DNA of 64,000 bases from NCBI GenBank assembly GCA_041613315.1, contig JBFJHJ010000001.1, forward strand, positions 1,452 to 65,451, given 5' to 3'. This stretch comes from Gemmatimonadales bacterium. GTDB lineage: Bacteria > Gemmatimonadota > Gemmatimonadetes > Gemmatimonadales > GWC2-71-9. A program made the position numbers and the translations under genes. Under the pieces are notes generated by a model. The model did no database searches. It worked only from the letters and a program-made list of their open reading frames with translations, and was not told the DNA's origin. Positions 9,197 through 20,995 of this stretch are shown piece after piece. Each line of letters begins with the position of its first letter. The stretch's first letter is position 1.

Positions 9197-10029
9197 CGGG
9201 TGCGCGGATCCAGCGCGGCCTGGAGGGCGTCCCCCAGCAAGCTGAAGGCGATGACGGTGATGACGATCGCGAGGCCGGGAAACGCCACGGTCCACCAGGC
9301 GCTCACCATGAGGTCCTGGCTCTCGGCGATCATGAGCCCCCACGAGGGCGTGGGCTTGCGGACCCCGATCCCGAGAAAGGACAGGCCGGCCTCGACGAGC
9401 ACGATCTGGCCTATGCCGAGGGCCGCGCTCACCGTTATGGGGGCGGCGACGTTCGGGAGTATGTGACCGAACAGGGTCCGGGTGGGGCCGACGCCGAGCG
9501 CCCTCGTGGCCAGGACGAACTCTCGTTGCTTGAGGCTCAGGACCTCCGCGCGTACCAGCCGACTGGTGTCGAACCAGTTGGTGAGTCCGAGGATGACGAT
9601 CAGCACGGGCACGCCGACCGCCCCCCAGAGCCCCAGAATCACCAGGAGCAGGAAGATGCGCGGGATCGCGAGCGCCGTATCGACGGCGCGCATGGCCAGC
9701 GTGTCCAACGCGCCGCCGGCGAACCCCGCGACGAGACCCACCAGCGTTCCCACGACGATGGAGACCGTCACGGAGAGGAACGCGATCGCCAGAGAGATAC
9801 GGGCGCCGAACAGCACGCGGCTCAGGAGGTCCCGACTCAGAAGGTCGGTGCCGAAGGGGTGGGCGGGCGACGGCGCCAGCAGCTGTCGCTGCTCCAGATC
9901 GAGCTGCGCGATCGGATCGTAGGGACTGACGATCGGTGCCAGCAGGGCGCCGGCGACCAGCAGCGCGATGAGCAGCAGCCCCGCTTGCGCGCGCCGCTGG
10001 ACGAGGAGGCGCTGGACGGTGAGCGGCAT
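9193..10029 (-). CDS. Peptide ABC transporter permease (OppC/DppC-like)
   Basis: Start at the ATG at 10029 (MPLTVQRLL...) within ORF 9193..10881. It has a BPD-transporter EAA-like region (ATRALGVGPTRTLFGHILPN). Start and stop overlap both neighbours. Confidence 0.9.
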   Translation of the reverse strand: MPLTVQRLLVQRRAQAGLLLIALLVAGALLAPIVSPYDPIAQLDLEQRQLLAPSPAHPFGTDLLSRDLLSRVLFGARISLAIAFLSVTVSIVVGTLVGLVAGFAGGALDTLAMRAVDTALAIPRIFLLLVILGLWGAVGVPVLIVILGLTNWFDTSRLVRAEVLSLKQREFVLATRALGVGPTRTLFGHILPNVAAPITVSAALGIGQIVLVEAGLSFLGIGVRKPTPSWGLMIAESQDLMVSAWWTVAFPGLAIVITVIAFSLLGDALQAALDPRTR

Positions 10030-11000
10030 CACGCCGTCCGTGTCCGCGGATCCACGAACCGGTACAGCACGTCGGCGAGCAGGTTGCCGGCCGTCACCAT
10101 CACCGCGGTGATGATTGCCGACGCCGTCACCACTTGGTAGTCGCGGTTGCGAATGGCGTCGACCGCGAACTTCCCGAGGCCCGGCCACCCGAACACCGTC
10201 TCTACGAGGACGGCGCCCGACAACAGCAACGGGAACGTGAGCCCAAAGAGGGTGACCGTCGGGAGCAACGCGGTACGCAATGCGTGCCTGATCAGCACCG
10301 CGCGCTCCGCCAATCCCTTCGCCCGGGCGGCGCGGACGAAGTCCTGGCGAACGGCTTCGAGCATCGCGGCCCGCTGGTAGCGGGCCACGCCTGCGGCACC
10401 CACGAGGCCAAGCGTGGCGGCGGGAAGGATGAGGTGGCGCACGCGGTCCCCGACCCGGCCGAGCCACGACAGGTGCGAGTGCAGTACGGCGTCGGTCGCA
10501 CCGCCGACGGGAAGCCAGTGCAGGGCCTGACCGAACAAGAGGAGCAGCACGAGGCCGAGCCAAAATACGGGCACCGAGTAGAGCACCACCGTCGTCAGCG
10601 ACAGGGCATCGTCGAGCCGTGAGCGGGCACGCGCGCCCTGAAGGGCGCCGACCGCGATCCCGACGCCGAACATGACGACCAGCGCGGCGACGGCCAGGAC
10701 GAGGGTGTTGGGGATACGCTCGCCGATCGCCTGGGCCACGGGCCGGTGCTCGGCGAACGAATAGCCGAGGTCGCCGCGGGCCACGTTGGCGACGTATCGC
10801 AGGTACTGCTCGGACAGGGGGCGGTCGAGGCCCCAGAGTCGGCGTTGCTGCTCGATCACGTCCGGCGAGACGAAGGACCACTCGCCCATCGCCTGCATCG
10901 GATCGCCGGGGGCCATGTGGATCAACACGAAGCTCAGCGTGGCGACGAGGAAGACGATAGCCGCCGCCTGTGCCAACCGGCTCACGAGGAACCGGACCAC
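10029..11000 (-). CDS. Peptide ABC transporter permease (OppB/DppB-like)
   Basis: 323-aa ORF MVRFLVSRLAQAAAIVFLVATLSFVLIHMAPGDP, the classic OppB N-terminus. Confidence 0.9.
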   Translation of the reverse strand: MVRFLVSRLAQAAAIVFLVATLSFVLIHMAPGDPMQAMGEWSFVSPDVIEQQRRLWGLDRPLSEQYLRYVANVARGDLGYSFAEHRPVAQAIGERIPNTLVLAVAALVVMFGVGIAVGALQGARARSRLDDALSLTTVVLYSVPVFWLGLVLLLLFGQALHWLPVGGATDAVLHSHLSWLGRVGDRVRHLILPAATLGLVGAAGVARYQRAAMLEAVRQDFVRAARAKGLAERAVLIRHALRTALLPTVTLFGLTFPLLLSGAVLVETVFGWPGLGKFAVDAIRNRDYQVVTASAIITAVMVTAGNLLADVLYRFVDPRTRTA

Positions 11001-11001
11001 T

Positions 11002-12663
11002 TCAGTTCACGCCGACCCGGTCGCGCGCAATGAGCTGGGTGGGGTCCACGCGCCAGGTCCACACCGTGGCGGTCCACAGATCGGGCCGGATCGTCACGTT
11101 CTCGAGCCGGGTGTGCACGCCCGCACTCACGCTCGGTTCGTACACCCAGACAGCCGGCGCGTCGGCGTTGATCATCGCGATCGCCCGGTGCCAGAGCGTC
11201 CGCGCCTGGGCCGGGTCGCGAATCCGCATCGCCTGATGGACGAGGCGGTCGACCTCGGGATTCACGTACCGCTGGTAGTTGGCCGACCCGATGCCGTCCG
11301 CCGTCCACTCTTCCAGGATGGATGCGGGGCTCGGGTCCTGCTGCCGGCCGCCGAAGAACGCGTCGAATCGGCCGGCCCCCGCTCGGGAGAGCATCACGTT
11401 GAAATCCACCTCGGCGATCTGCATCGCGACGCCGACCCGCCGAAGCTGATCCTGGATCACCTGCGCTGAGCGGACCCGACCGGCGCTGGAGGTGGGCACG
11501 AGGAGCTCAAACTGGAGGCGGCGCCGGCCCCGCTCGCGGATCCCGTCGCCGTCCGCGTCTCGCCAGCCCAGGCGATCGAGCAGTCGCCGGGCGCCGGCGG
11601 AGTCGAACGACAAGCCGGGAATCGTATCGCTCCAGATCGCGAGCGGCCGCGTGAGGGGGCCCACCGGCACCTCGGCGAAACCGCCGAACACGGCGCGCAC
11701 CACGGCCTGCCGGTCCACCGCCAGCGCCAGTGCCCGCCGCAGCTCGCGGTCGGCGAAGAGGGGGTGCGGCCGCTCCGGGTTGGCGGGGTCGCGGAAATTG
11801 AACCCTATGTAGGAGTACGCCGGCACGCGATACGGGATGGCCCGTAGGTGCGGGGCGGAGTCCACACGAGCCAGATCTTCCGGTCGAGGTGGGATGACCT
11901 GAAGAAGGTCGGCCTCGCCCGCCAGGAGTTGGGTGAACGCCGTGAGCAGGTCGGGCGTGAACCGCCAAACGATGCGGCGCAGGCCGGGCCGGCCGAGGAC
12001 GTACCCGGAGTCGGCGGCCAGCTCCACGAACTGGCCGGCGTTCCAGCGGACGAAGCGGAACGGGCCGCTGCCCACGGGGCGGCGACCGAACGGGTGGGCT
12101 GCGAGGCGCTCCCGCGGCACGGTGTCGAGCAGATGCCGGGGGAGGATCCACATGTGATAGGTGGCGTCGAACAGCTGCTCGGGGTACACCTCGCGGAACC
12201 GGAAGACCGTGGTCAGCGAGTCGCGCGCGGTCACGGTGGCGATGTGTCGCAGGCGCGGCGCCGCCGGCGAGTTGACCCGGGGATCTTGGTGCACGTCGAA
12301 GGTGAACGCGACGTCCGCCGCTCGCACCGGCTCGCCGTCGTGCCAGCGGGCCGTCGAGCGCAGCGTGACGCGCAACGTCAGGGAGTCTTCGAAGCGCCAC
12401 GACTCGGCGAGGAGGGGGACGAATCCCGAATCGCCGAGCGAGTTGAGGTCGGAGCCCACGTCGGCGAGCCGACTGAACACGAGCTCGCTGAGCTCTTTCG
12501 CCACGTTGCTCGACGTGACGGCTGGGAGGAGGACATCCGCCTCGGCCCCGGTCACAATCACCAGGGTGCCGCACCACCTGTCAGGGCAACCGCGCTCCGC
12601 CGCGCATGCCGTGAGCGCGGTGAGGGCGGCGGTCACCAAGAGTCGTGGCGAGGATCGTCGCAC
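11002..12663 (-). CDS. ABC transporter substrate-binding lipoprotein, family 5 (OppA/DppA-like)
   Basis: In frame with ORF 11002..13032. GTG at 12663 is preceded by GGGAGGAGGG. The signal sequence VRRSSPRLLVTAALTALTAC carries a lipobox. The body is typical of the SBP_bac_5 family. Confidence 0.85.
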   Translation of the reverse strand: MRRSSPRLLVTAALTALTACAAERGCPDRWCGTLVIVTGAEADVLLPAVTSSNVAKELSELVFSRLADVGSDLNSLGDSGFVPLLAESWRFEDSLTLRVTLRSTARWHDGEPVRAADVAFTFDVHQDPRVNSPAAPRLRHIATVTARDSLTTVFRFREVYPEQLFDATYHMWILPRHLLDTVPRERLAAHPFGRRPVGSGPFRFVRWNAGQFVELAADSGYVLGRPGLRRIVWRFTPDLLTAFTQLLAGEADLLQVIPPRPEDLARVDSAPHLRAIPYRVPAYSYIGFNFRDPANPERPHPLFADRELRRALALAVDRQAVVRAVFGGFAEVPVGPLTRPLAIWSDTIPGLSFDSAGARRLLDRLGWRDADGDGIRERGRRRLQFELLVPTSSAGRVRSAQVIQDQLRRVGVAMQIAEVDFNVMLSRAGAGRFDAFFGGRQQDPSPASILEEWTADGIGSANYQRYVNPEVDRLVHQAMRIRDPAQARTLWHRAIAMINADAPAVWVYEPSVSAGVHTRLENVTIRPDLWTATVWTWRVDPTQLIARDRVGVN

Positions 12664-12689
12664 GGTCCCTCCTCCCGTCGGGGGTGGCG

Positions 12690-13565
12690 TCAGTGGCGCC
12701 AGGTCCAGGCGGGGTCCGCGAAGTGCGCCAACCGCTCGGGGTCGACGCGCGCCCCGGCCGCTCGCCAGGTACCGCTCCATGCCGCCTGCGCCTCGGCGGC
12801 GATTGCCTGGGCCACCTCCTCGAACGACACCGGCCGTCCCAGCACGTCGGCGAGTGCCGCCGCCCGCGGGGCGGCGTGCGACCCCCGGGCGACCTGCGCG
12901 ACCCGGTCCTGCCGATCCTCCAGCAGGATCGAGCCGTGCTGCAAGAACGCACCCGGTCGCCGCACCTGCGCACTGCCCACGAGCTTGCGGCCCCCAAGGA
13001 CGATCTCCCCACCGGCGGGCGTCGCGAAGCACGCCCCGATGTCGAGGCGGACGGGCCGGCCGGGCAGCTGGGGCGCAAGCTCCACGTTGGCGCCGAGGCG
13101 TTGCAGCGCATCCCGTAGCATCGTGTGGATTCTAATGTATGTCACGGAGAGCGCACCGAACATCTCGGTCGGGGCGGCGACCGCGTACGTCACTTCTCGA
13201 TCGTGCCACACGGCGCGTCCACCGGTCGGACGGCGCACCGTGTCGAGTCCGAGCCGGCGAATGGCGTCGAGGTCGTAGCGGCGGCGCACGGGCTCATGGC
13301 GGCCGAACGACATACAGGGGGGAGACCAGCGGTACAGTCGTACGAACGCGGTGGGATGCGCGCGCCGCGCCGCCTCGTCGAGCAGCCCGACGTCGATCGC
13401 CATGTTCTCGGCACCGGAGCGGCCGCTTGGGTCGAGGATCAGGAACCAGGCCGTGGCGCGGGCGGGCGGCTCCTCGGTGCGTCGCCGCGACCGCGAGGCG
13501 GTCTCGGTGCCGCCGCCCCCGCCAGGTCCCGTCCCGCGTTCATCTCTGTCGCGGATCTCGACCAT
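12690..13565 (-). CDS. Lipoate-protein ligase / octanoyltransferase family protein (BPL/LPL catalytic domain)
   Basis: RRPTGGRAVWHD and GRKLVGSAQ motifs. It lies directly downstream of gcvP. The first ~40 aa are Gly/Arg-rich, so the true start may be further inside. Confidence 0.75.
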   Translation of the reverse strand: MVEIRDRDERGTGPGGGGGTETASRSRRRTEEPPARATAWFLILDPSGRSGAENMAIDVGLLDEAARRAHPTAFVRLYRWSPPCMSFGRHEPVRRRYDLDAIRRLGLDTVRRPTGGRAVWHDREVTYAVAAPTEMFGALSVTYIRIHTMLRDALQRLGANVELAPQLPGRPVRLDIGACFATPAGGEIVLGGRKLVGSAQVRRPGAFLQHGSILLEDRQDRVAQVARGSHAAPRAAALADVLGRPVSFEEVAQAIAAEAQAAWSGTWRAAGARVDPERLAHFADPAWTWRH

Positions 13566-13633
13566 CTGCCCTGCCTTCCCGTGACGCCGTGATCACCCGT
13601 TCCGCCACGCGCCGTCCCCTCACCCCGCCCGGC

Positions 13634-16519
<2,886 letters not shown>

Positions 16520-16546
16520 GTATGATGGCTGCCCTGTGTGTGCAAA

Positions 16547-16569
16547 CGCCCCGGGGGGGTCCCGGGGCG
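16547..16569 (-). terminator. GC-rich hairpin between gcvH and gcvP (attenuator or partial terminator candidate)
   Basis: On the minus strand, CGCCCCGGG-ACCCC-CCCGGGGCG forms a 9-bp perfect stem followed by UUUG. It sits in the 90-nt gcvH-gcvP spacer. Confidence 0.35.
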
Positions 16570-16609
16570 CACGGCGTGGTCGAACCTCGGAGGACCCCGG
16601 GACGGTCGC

Positions 16610-16999
16610 CTACTCCCCGATGTGCGCGGCGTAGTCGGCGGCGCTGAGAAGCTGATCCAGGCTCTGCGGGTCTCGGATCCGAAGCTTGATCATCCACCCG
16701 TCCCCGTAGGTGTCGCGGTTTACCACCGCCGGGTCGTTCTCGAGCGACTCGTTGACCTCCACGATCTCGCCGGACACCGGACAGAACAGTTCCGACACGG
16801 CCTTCACGGCCTCGATCGTCCCGAAGACGTCCATTCGGGTGAACTTGGTACCAACCGCGGGAAGCTCTACGTAGACGATGTCTCCCAGCTCCCCCTGCGC
16901 ATAGTCCGTGATCCCGATCTGCACCACCGCGGGGTCGTCCGTCGGCTTCACGTACTCGTGTTCCTCGGTGTAGTGCAACGTGTCGGGGATCTCGGACAT
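16610..16999 (-). CDS. gcvH: Glycine cleavage system H protein
   Basis: Start at the ATG at 16999 (MSEIPDTLHYTEEHEYV...) within ORF 16610..17065. Lipoyl-lysine motif IEAVKAVSE. Confidence 0.9.
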   Translation of the reverse strand: MSEIPDTLHYTEEHEYVKPTDDPAVVQIGITDYAQGELGDIVYVELPAVGTKFTRMDVFGTIEAVKAVSELFCPVSGEIVEVNESLENDPAVVNRDTYGDGWMIKLRIRDPQSLDQLLSAADYAAHIGE

Positions 17000-17036
17000 G
17001 GGCGTTCCGGAGAAGACAGGGTCGCTGGCGAGGCGT

Positions 17037-17065
17037 AGGTTATCCGCCGGTCCCGAGACTGTCAA
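17037..17065 (-). promoter_or_regulatory. Sigma-70-like promoter candidate for gcvH
   Basis: On the minus strand: TTGACA (17065-17060), 17-nt spacer, TAACCT (17042-17037). The -35 abuts the stop of the upstream coaE-fusion gene. Confidence 0.4.
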
Positions 17066-18322
17066 CTAGGTCGTCGGCGCAAACAGATCGGTCACGACGC
17101 GGGTGCGACGAGGGTCGACGACATACCACTCTCGGTCCATAGGCGGCCACGCCGAGGGGTCGGTCAGCCCGAGCGGGTTGGAGCTCGACGCGTGCGCGGT
17201 GATGGCGGCGCGCTTGACGTCACGCCACGGCCGGACGTCGAGTCGGACATGAATCGCGGCGTCTGGCACGGCATGCAGGCGCGATGACACGGCGCGCGTC
17301 GCGGTGTCAGGGTAGGCGACGCAGTACAGCGGGCAGGGGCGGCCGACCTGCTCCCACGCCAGCCGCGTCCACTCGGCCACTGCGATATGGTCGCGGTCGC
17401 CGTTCACGCCGTCTGCACCGAAGCTGAGCAGGGCGGCCGGCCGAACCCGGGTGATCGCCGCGGCCACGTCGCGGATTCCGGTGGCGTCGGTGGGGGCGAG
17501 CCCGCCCGTCGGGTGTTCTAGCACGGTTGCCTCCGCCAGCCCGAGCACCTGCGCCGCCCGCGCGAGCTCGTCGCGGGCGGCGCTGCCTGGGGTGGCGCAG
17601 ACGAGGTGCGTCGTGAGCCCGGCGTCGGCGTAGCGCGCCAAGGTACCGCCGGCCGCAACCGCGGCGTCATCGGGATGGGCAAACACCGCGAGCAGCGGCC
17701 CCGGCGCGATGGCGGCGGTCGCGGCGGCCCGGGCCCGAATCGTACGCCACACCTCCCACGCCGCCCGCTCCAGCGCCGCCAACGTCCCCGCGTTCTCGAT
17801 CACCACATCGCTCCGCGCGCGCTTGCCCTCGGCTGGGAGCTGCGCGGCAATGAGCCGGTCGGCCTCTTCTGGCGCGAGACCCCGGTCGCGCACCAGCCGC
17901 GATCGGCGCACGTCGGTCGGGGCGTCCACCAGCACGACGAAGTCGAAGGCTGCCGGGTCCAGGGCCTCAAAGAGCAGGGGGATGTCATTCACCAGCACAC
18001 AGTCGCCCCGGTCTGCCGCTTCGGCAGCCTGCGCGTGCCGCAGACGTGCGACCGCGGGGTGCACGAGCGCCTCGAGGGCCCGTCGAGCCGCTTCGTCGTG
18101 CAGGATCCGTCGCCGCAGCGCGTCGCGGTCGAGGGCCCCCTTCCCCGTGAGCACGTCGCGCCCGAAGCGCTTCACGATCGCCGCGAGCGTCGCGGAGCCT
18201 GGTGCCTGGACTTCCCGAACCAGGGCGTCGGCATCGACCACGGTTGCGCCCCACTCGGCGAAGTGGCGCACCACCGTGGACTTGCCGGAGGCGACGTTGC
18301 CGGTCAGCGCGACGTTGAGCAC
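17066..18322 (-). CDS. coaE: Dephospho-CoA kinase fused to a PIG-L/LmbE-family deacetylase domain
   Basis: Single 418-aa ORF. The N-terminus has the P-loop LTGNVASGKST and CoaE-like order. From about aa 205 it reads LLAVFAHPDDAAVAAGGTLARY (the AHPDD motif of PIG-L deacetylases). No stop separates the two halves. Confidence 0.8.
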   Translation of the reverse strand: MLNVALTGNVASGKSTVVRHFAEWGATVVDADALVREVQAPGSATLAAIVKRFGRDVLTGKGALDRDALRRRILHDEAARRALEALVHPAVARLRHAQAAEAADRGDCVLVNDIPLLFEALDPAAFDFVVLVDAPTDVRRSRLVRDRGLAPEEADRLIAAQLPAEGKRARSDVVIENAGTLAALERAAWEVWRTIRARAAATAAIAPGPLLAVFAHPDDAAVAAGGTLARYADAGLTTHLVCATPGSAARDELARAAQVLGLAEATVLEHPTGGLAPTDATGIRDVAAAITRVRPAALLSFGADGVNGDRDHIAVAEWTRLAWEQVGRPCPLYCVAYPDTATRAVSSRLHAVPDAAIHVRLDVRPWRDVKRAAITAHASSSNPLGLTDPSAWPPMDREWYVVDPRRTRVVTDLFAPTT

Positions 18323-18413
18323 GCGGCGATGCGCGAGGCGGGGCGGTCGGAGCGCGGTCGGTCAGACGCCGTCGGTGCCTCCATGTGCCGGTCGCCCGAC
18401 GGCCGACCGGTCG

Positions 18414-19016
18414 CTACAGGAGTCGGGTCTGGTCTTCATCGATCCGCGGCACCTCGTGGCAGTGCCGGCACCGCGCCTCGTAGGTCTCGCTCCCGCCCAC
18501 CATGATCTGCGGGGAGGCATAGCAGGCCGGGCGGCCGTCGATCAGCCGCTGGTTGCGGCACGCGGGATCCCCACACCGGACGCAGATGGCGTGGAGCTTG
18601 TCCACGACCTCGGCCACGGCGAGCAGCTCAGGCATCGCGCCGAACGGCTCGCCGCGGAAGTCGGTCTCGGTACCGGCGACGATGACCCGCACGCCGCTGC
18701 GGGCGAGGGTCTCGCATGCGCCGACGATGGGCCGGTCGAGAAACTGCGCTTCGTCAATGGCAATCACCGAGGAGTCGGGGCGGCGGAGCCGCATGATCTC
18801 GGCAGAGGAGTCCACCGCCTGGGCTTCCACCGAGATGCCGTCATGTGTCGTTACGGAATAGACCCCGTAGCGGTCGTCAAGATGGGACTTGAAGACTTGT
18901 ACACGCTTGCGGGCGATCACCGCCCGCCGCACGCGCCGAATCAACTCTTCGCTCTTCCCGCTGAACATCACGCCGGTGATCACTTCGATCCAGCCGGGGC
19001 GGGTGCTGTGGACCAT
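18414..19016 (-). CDS. tdk: Thymidine kinase
   Basis: P-loop [11 protein letters not shown] and C-terminal zinc motif CVRCG...CRHC. 200 aa. Confidence 0.9.
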   Translation of the reverse strand: MVHSTRPGWIEVITGVMFSGKSEELIRRVRRAVIARKRVQVFKSHLDDRYGVYSVTTHDGISVEAQAVDSSAEIMRLRRPDSSVIAIDEAQFLDRPIVGACETLARSGVRVIVAGTETDFRGEPFGAMPELLAVAEVVDKLHAICVRCGDPACRNQRLIDGRPACYASPQIMVGGSETYEARCRHCHEVPRIDEDQTRLL

Positions 19017-19195
19017 GCGGCAGTCCCTCGTCTGGCGGCGAGTGGAGGGCAGAGGAGGTTATCGCGCGGCCGGGGCGGGGGCAACCCGCTTGCCAACGGT
19101 ACGTCCCTGCTCGAAGTTAGTGGCGGCCGGACGCGGCGGCTGGACGCGGCGCCGCGCCACTTTTTGCCTTTCCATCTCCTCATGAGGGGGTACGG

Positions 19196-19483
19196 GTGAA
19201 CAAGACGGAACTGATGGATGCGCTGGCGTCCCAGGCGGGGCTGTCCAAGGCCGATGCGGGTCGAGCCGTGGAAGCCCTGTTCGGCACCGACGGGCTCATC
19301 GCCCGCGAGCTCGTCAAGGGGGGCAAGGTTCAGATCACCGGGTTCGGCACATTTCAGGCGCGCAAGCGGGCGGCCCGTACGGGTCGAGATCCCCGCACCG
19401 GCAACACGATTCAGATCTCGGCGGCGACGGTCCCCACCTTCAAAGCCGGCCAGGGTTTGAAGGATGCGGTGAATCGGCGCTAG
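19196..19483 (+). CDS. hup: HU-family DNA-binding protein
   Basis: MNKTELMDALA...GFGTFQARKRAARTGRDPRTG. GTG start at 19196 with GAGGGGG upstream. Confidence 0.9.
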   Translation: MNKTELMDALASQAGLSKADAGRAVEALFGTDGLIARELVKGGKVQITGFGTFQARKRAARTGRDPRTGNTIQISAATVPTFKAGQGLKDAVNRR

Positions 19484-19531
19484 CGACCCCCCGTTCCCCT
19501 CGCGGGCGGGCGGCGGCGGCCCACGACCGGC

Positions 19532-20995
19532 TCAGTGCCGGTCGATGTGGGCCCCCACCGCCCGCCCGCGGAGTTGGATGTCGGCCAGCCCGAGGAGCGC
19601 GCGGTCCGCGGCGTCGGCCCGCACCTCCACCAGTGTAAAGCTCTCCCGTACCTCCACACGACCCACATGGTCCTTCGGCAGGCCGACGCCGTTCAGCAGC
19701 GCGCCCACCACGTCGGCCGTTCGCACGCGATCGCGGCGCCCCACATTGAGCCGGAGGTGGACCCAGGTTGGCGCGGCGGTCGTGTGTGCCGCGCCGGACG
19801 CCGGACCCGCCGCCTCGGCACCAGTGCTTAGGACTAGCGCTGCCGCGGCCACCACGGCGGGGTCGTATTCGTCCAACAGGGGTGCCAGCGCCATCAGTTG
19901 ATCGGTGATCGCGCCGTCGGCAAGACGCTCCCGCAGTTTGGATCGGAGTCCGAAGCTGCGGTCGCGCGCCCGATCGGCTTCCGACGGCAGCCGCATCGCT
20001 TTGAGAGGGTGCGCGAGGCGCTGGAGGTACGCGAGCTGGGCCGCCCGCACCAACACGATCACGTCCCGGGCGGCGGCACGGAGGGCGAACAACGCCTCGG
20101 GCGTGGGGAGCTCCACCGCCACCGCGAGGGAGACGGGCTCGCCACCGGGGTCCGCCGCGACCCGCACGGTCGGATCGTCGCGGTGCTCCGTCCACCGCTC
20201 GGCAGCGAGAGGCGACGGGTCCCAGAGGAGCACCGAGTCGGGATTCAGGCTGTCGAGCACGGCCCGCACGGCCCACGCGAGGCGCTCCTTCGGGACGACG
20301 GCATACCGTGCGGCCCCCACGGGCGTCCCGGCGCGGGCGGCGACCGCGACCGGTGCGCGCCGCGCATGCCGTTCGAGAAAGTCGCCAATGGCCGCGTCGT
20401 CGGACGTGAGGACGAGGCGGCCGATCCCGCCGCACTCGGCGAGCGCGGTGTCGAGCCCCTCGCCGAACCCCGCGGAGAGATGGAGCTCCGGCCATGCGAC
20501 CGCGACGGACGCCAGCCCCCGGGCGTCCAGGCTCGAGCGCGCAATCAACTCGAGCGCGTCAGCGGTCATGGCCACGAGGGTCCGCACCCACCCGCTGCGG
20601 AGGTGCCGTGCGGCGCGCGCGACCCCGCTCACGCCATGCACCGGGCACAGCGCCGGCAGCGTGGCCAGCGTGGAGGCGAGATCGTCGGCGGTGGCCGGAT
20701 CCGGGGCGAGAACGAGGGTGCGGACGGCTCCGGGGTCCGTGTCGCCGAGCTGGCCGAACAGCGGGGCGGCCGCCCACGCCGCCGGCGGGCAGACGTACAC
20801 CAGATTCTTGCGCGCAGCCAGCGCGGCCCGATGCGCCGCGTCGAACGCCGGCGCGAATCCCCAGGACACCGTTGCCTCGATTGTCAAAGACGAGTGGTCG
20901 CCGTGCTCTCCAGATGCTAGTTTCTTCGCTGCCTCGCCGCAACGGTTCGCGACCACGCCGGGAGCCGTGATGGGCCGTCGTTGGAACCGCTTCAA
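19532..20995 (-). CDS. DEAD-box-helicase-like protein lacking catalytic motifs, with C-terminal DbpA-type RNA-binding domain
   Basis: The motif positions are recognisable but degenerate: Ia-like RTLVLAPDPATADDL, Ib-like LVAMTADAL, DEAD replaced by AWPEL, SAT replaced by TSD. The C-terminus VHLRLNVGRRDRVRTADVVGALL...VEVRESFTLVEV is DbpA-like. The start is uncertain because the 5' end overlaps the divergent gene by 26 nt. Confidence 0.55.
   Translation of the reverse strand: MKRFQRRPITAPGVVANRCGEAAKKLASGEHGDHSSLTIEATVSWGFAPAFDAAHRAALAARKNLVYVCPPAAWAAAPLFGQLGDTDPGAVRTLVLAPDPATADDLASTLATLPALCPVHGVSGVARAARHLRSGWVRTLVAMTADALELIARSSLDARGLASVAVAWPELHLSAGFGEGLDTALAECGGIGRLVLTSDDAAIGDFLERHARRAPVAVAARAGTPVGAARYAVVPKERLAWAVRAVLDSLNPDSVLLWDPSPLAAERWTEHRDDPTVRVAADPGGEPVSLAVAVELPTPEALFALRAAARDVIVLVRAAQLAYLQRLAHPLKAMRLPSEADRARDRSFGLRSKLRERLADGAITDQLMALAPLLDEYDPAVVAAAALVLSTGAEAAGPASGAAHTTAAPTWVHLRLNVGRRDRVRTADVVGALLNGVGLPKDHVGRVEVRESFTLVEVRADAADRALLGLADIQLRGRAVGAHIDRH

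Noticed and set aside
17000-17065. Glycine riboswitch upstream of gcvH.
   Set aside because: Only 66 nt separate the gcvH ATG from the upstream stop, and about half of that is a promoter-like element. This is too short for even one glycine aptamer, and no GGAGAG...ACCGAAGG-type strings are present.
19178-19187. Perfect 10-bp palindrome CCTCATGAGG just upstream of the HU gene start, considered as an operator.
   Set aside because: It overlaps the GAGGGGG ribosome-binding site. It is short enough to arise by chance, and it could at most form a weak SD-sequestering hairpin. There is no second copy in the window.
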